From the NCBI GenBank assembly GCA_031414595.1, contig JANNVX010000004.1, forward strand, positions 17,047 to 81,046: 64,000 nt of DNA. Direction: 5' to 3'. Made by a program: the position numbers and the translations under genes. Origin of the DNA: Deinococcales bacterium (lineage in GTDB: Bacteria; Deinococcota; Deinococci; Deinococcales; JAAFIG01). The notes below the pieces were generated by a model that had not been told where the DNA came from, ran no database searches, and saw only the letters and a list, made by a program, of their open reading frames with translations. Below, piece after piece: positions 61,487 through 64,000 of the stretch; positions within the stretch are counted from its first letter, which is position 1; each line of letters begins with the position of its first letter.

Positions 61487-61532
61487 TGCATGATTACTAA
61501 TAAATCAGCTTCACAAAACCGTGTTCAACACA

Positions 61533-61874
61533 TCACCGAGGGCGTAACTCGAGATGGACTTCTAAATCCAAAGCTGCTGCGTAGCGCGTTAAAGTTTTTA
61601 ACTCGAGGTTGGCGTGGGCTTGCTCGAGTTGTGAGACTCTGGCTTTACTAACTTGTAATACTTGGGCTACATTGTCTAACGTTAAACCGCGTTTGACTCG
61701 AGCTTCTTTGAGCATCATCCCAATTTGTTTGCCAATCGTGATTTGTTCGACTCGAGCGCGAATATCTTGTGGAGTGCTTTCCTCAAGTAAACCAGTTGGT
61801 GGTGTTCCCTTTATTTCTCCAGTGGCAATTTCTTCGGCGCTAAATTCGGCAAGTAAAGCAGCTACTTTATTCAT
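61533..61874 (-). CDS. XRE-HTH antitoxin (HigA-like)
   Basis: LKEARVKRGLT...VA..L.VSKARVSQLE motif. Confidence 0.85.
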   Translation of the reverse strand: MNKVAALLAEFSAEEIATGEIKGTPPTGLLEESTPQDIRARVEQITIGKQIGMMLKEARVKRGLTLDNVAQVLQVSKARVSQLEQAHANLELKTLTRYAAALDLEVHLELRPR

Positions 61875-62272
61875 GATGACCTCTCTTTCATAATTTTAGG
61901 CTTGTGTTTGAAAGCTAAAGCAACCTCGAGAACTTCAATCAGTTTTTCGTCACTTGGTTCGTCGCCATCTTTTATTTCAGCATTGACAATGACTGCTGCT
62001 GTTGTGTTTTCTAGTGTGTAAAAGAACAAATAAACTCTTGCACCACCTTTTTGACCACCTCGGGAACGAGTTTTCAATGCCCAGACCAAATTGCTTTTCA
62101 TTTTCTTCAAGTATCTCGAGTCTCGCCCAAATTGGTGTATGTCGGTTAGCATTTCAATCATTGAATCAATTGCTGTTTGTTGCTGGTTTTCACTGAACTC
62201 GAGTAAATTTTCGATGATGATTGGATGTTCGGCACTGAGGCGGTCTGGATGACGAGCCAGTAAAAGCTGCAT
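61871..62272 (-). CDS. HigB/RelE-like toxin
   Basis: YLKKM....WALK......GGARVY.F; toxin-first order, coupled to the HTH gene. Confidence 0.65.
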   Translation of the reverse strand: MQLLLARHPDRLSAEHPIIIENLLEFSENQQQTAIDSMIEMLTDIHQFGRDSRYLKKMKSNLVWALKTRSRGGQKGGARVYLFFYTLENTTAAVIVNAEIKDGDEPSDEKLIEVLEVALAFKHKPKIMKERSS

Positions 62273-62435
62273 AGGATAGATTAGTCGAATCTGTTGGTCA
62301 AGTCAAGACTTAACTTGAAGGCAAATCAAACATCAATAACGCGCCTGATTACTGGAAGTGATACTCGAAGGTAGGCTTACTTGAGATACATGCTCAAACA
62401 GATATGAGGGTTTGTTGGAACGTCTGGCTTTAACA

Positions 62436-62558
62436 TCAAACGGTCAGCATGGCATCACCAAGACTGTAAAAACGATAGTCAGACTCGAGGGCAACTTGAT
62501 ATGCGGCTCTCATGGTTTCAAACCCCGCAAAAGATGCCACCAGCATCAGTAGGTTTGA
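62436..62558 (-). pseudogene. queA: Orphan 3' end of queA (SAM:tRNA ribosyltransferase-isomerase)
   Basis: Hand translation [40 protein letters not shown] matches the QueA C-terminal signature (STLLMLV.AF.G...YRF.S.GDAM). Confidence 0.88.
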
Positions 62559-62572
62559 AATCTATGGGTCAA

Positions 62573-63739
62573 TCAAATTGGTTTGACTGACTTGGATAAA
62601 ACGGCAATGACCGCACCTGCCAGCAAGACCGCTAACAACCCAAAACGCAAAGAAACCACTTCGGATAACAAACCAATAAATGGTGGACCCACCAGAAAAC
62701 CACTGTAGGCAATACTGCTCACCCAAGCGATGGCAGGACCGCTTGAGCCTTGCTCGAGCTTAGAAACCAAACCAAGTGCAGCCGGAAAAATGACGGCAAA
62801 CCCTGCACCGACAAAACCAAAACCAATAATCGTTGTCCAGACCAGATTGGGTGTAATAGCCAAAATCATACCAAAGGTTGCTACTAAGCCACTGATTAGT
62901 AAGACTCGAGCATCTCCAAGACGCAAGCGCAGTTGATCGCCAGTAAATCGAAAAATTGCCATACAGAACTGAAAAGCCACAAAACCTGCGGCGGCTAAAC
63001 CTGCATCTGCACCGAGTGAGTTCTTCAAATACAATGCGCCCCAATCGGCAATTGCGCCTTCGCCCAATAAAGCACAAAAAGCAATCGCCCCAAGTGCCAT
63101 TAAACCCGAAGACAATTTTAACTTTGGCTGAGACTGGGTTTGTGTGGGCTGAATATCTGCAATTAAGTATCTGGAAAGCACAAAAAAAGCAATCAAGCTC
63201 AGTACACCAATCAAGACCAAGTGAAGACTAGCCGCTAAACCAAAACCTGCCAAGACCCCACCAACGGCTGCCCCCAGTAAACTACCGACGCTCCATAAAG
63301 CATGAAAACTCGAGAGGATGGGGCGCTCGAAGCCTTGTTCTATGGTTGTTCCTTGGGTGTTCATGGCTACGTCTAAACCTGCGTTGCTTGCTCCCCAAAT
63401 AAATAAAGTGAACACCAATAAGCCGATGTTGGGGGTCAAAGCCAGAAACATGGTACTGATGGCAAACCCTAAGCTACACAAAAGCGTTAATCGTCTCGAG
63501 CCGAACTGAACACATAAACGCCCGACCAAAGGCATACTGACCAAAGCACCTACAGCAGAAGCCAACAGCACCAACCCCAATGTACCCGTAGATAAATTTA
63601 AGGCTTGACTGACATCCGGAATTCGCACCACCCAATTGGCAATCGTAAAACCGTTGAAGAAAAAAATTGCGGCGACAGCCCAGCGTCCAAGAATCAAAGA
63701 TTGTGCGATGGGTGTATTGGTAGTCTGAGATAAATCCAC
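62573..63739 (-). CDS. MFS transporter
   Basis: Multi-TM pattern, DVAMN, SSFHALWSVG and EGAIADW motifs. Confidence 0.9.
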   Translation of the reverse strand: MDLSQTTNTPIAQSLILGRWAVAAIFFFNGFTIANWVVRIPDVSQALNLSTGTLGLVLLASAVGALVSMPLVGRLCVQFGSRRLTLLCSLGFAISTMFLALTPNIGLLVFTLFIWGASNAGLDVAMNTQGTTIEQGFERPILSSFHALWSVGSLLGAAVGGVLAGFGLAASLHLVLIGVLSLIAFFVLSRYLIADIQPTQTQSQPKLKLSSGLMALGAIAFCALLGEGAIADWGALYLKNSLGADAGLAAAGFVAFQFCMAIFRFTGDQLRLRLGDARVLLISGLVATFGMILAITPNLVWTTIIGFGFVGAGFAVIFPAALGLVSKLEQGSSGPAIAWVSSIAYSGFLVGPPFIGLLSEVVSLRFGLLAVLLAGAVIAVLSKSVKPI

Positions 63740-63863
63740 GGCTTATTGTGTCATGGTTGAAGCTGTTTCATCAACACATTACTTTTTTAGACGAGTCGTA
63801 TAGCAATGTTATTCAGCAAAATATCGTATCGGTGGCCCGAGGTGATGCGGTTTCTAAAGCATT

Positions 63864-64000
63864 AGACGTTATCGGAAATTAGGATAAACTATTCGAGTGC
63901 TGCATTACGACAAACTCGTCAAGAATAAAACTCGCTTCTTAGCCCTGACTGGACTAACCAAAAAAGAATTCCAAGCCTTACTTCCATACTTTCAAGAAGC
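63864..64000 (+). mobile_element. Left end of an IS (IS5/ISL2-like DDE_Tnp_4 transposase), cut by the window edge
   Basis: GTG 63897 opens MLHYDKLVKNKTRFLALTGLTKKEFQALLPYFQEA, an HTH_Tnp_4-like N-terminus; exact end uncertain. Confidence 0.7.

Overview
Chromosomal window (roughly 45% GC by eye) from what looks like a Deinococcota/Deinococcales genome, judged from the Thermus-type XylA, Deinococcus-like ValS/Mfd/S8 proteins and pervasive leaderless starts. The backbone is housekeeping and metabolic: glycolipid genes, xylA, valS, HU, an M16 peptidase pair, a split pur operon (purF, fused purD-purM, purB, purN, single-chain purL), a sugar ABC/LacI/GH57 block and mfd. It is interleaved with integrase-less accessory cargo: a type II R-M pair, HNH, SMEK, a Septu/PtuAB-like pair, several intact or broken TA modules and an IS end. 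Best signals not visible in the ORF track: (1) a 58-aa secreted Cys-tailed peptide gene directly upstream of a TPR-GGDEF cyclase, a candidate peptide-sensing c-di-GMP circuit; (2) a complete Val T-box 5.2 kb upstream of valS, with defence cargo in between and a repeated AGCCAAAGC..TCGAG..AAGGA..ATG-AAY junction before most cargo units; (3) orphan, synonymously diverged 3' ends of valS and queA next to cargo; (4) massive CTCGAG over-representation with GATC and RTCGAY avoidance; (5) GTAG-type REP palindromes translated in-frame in purL and a Nudix gene, plus a ~39-bp structured mini-element nested in two REP hairpins. All counts are by eye and no database searches were run.
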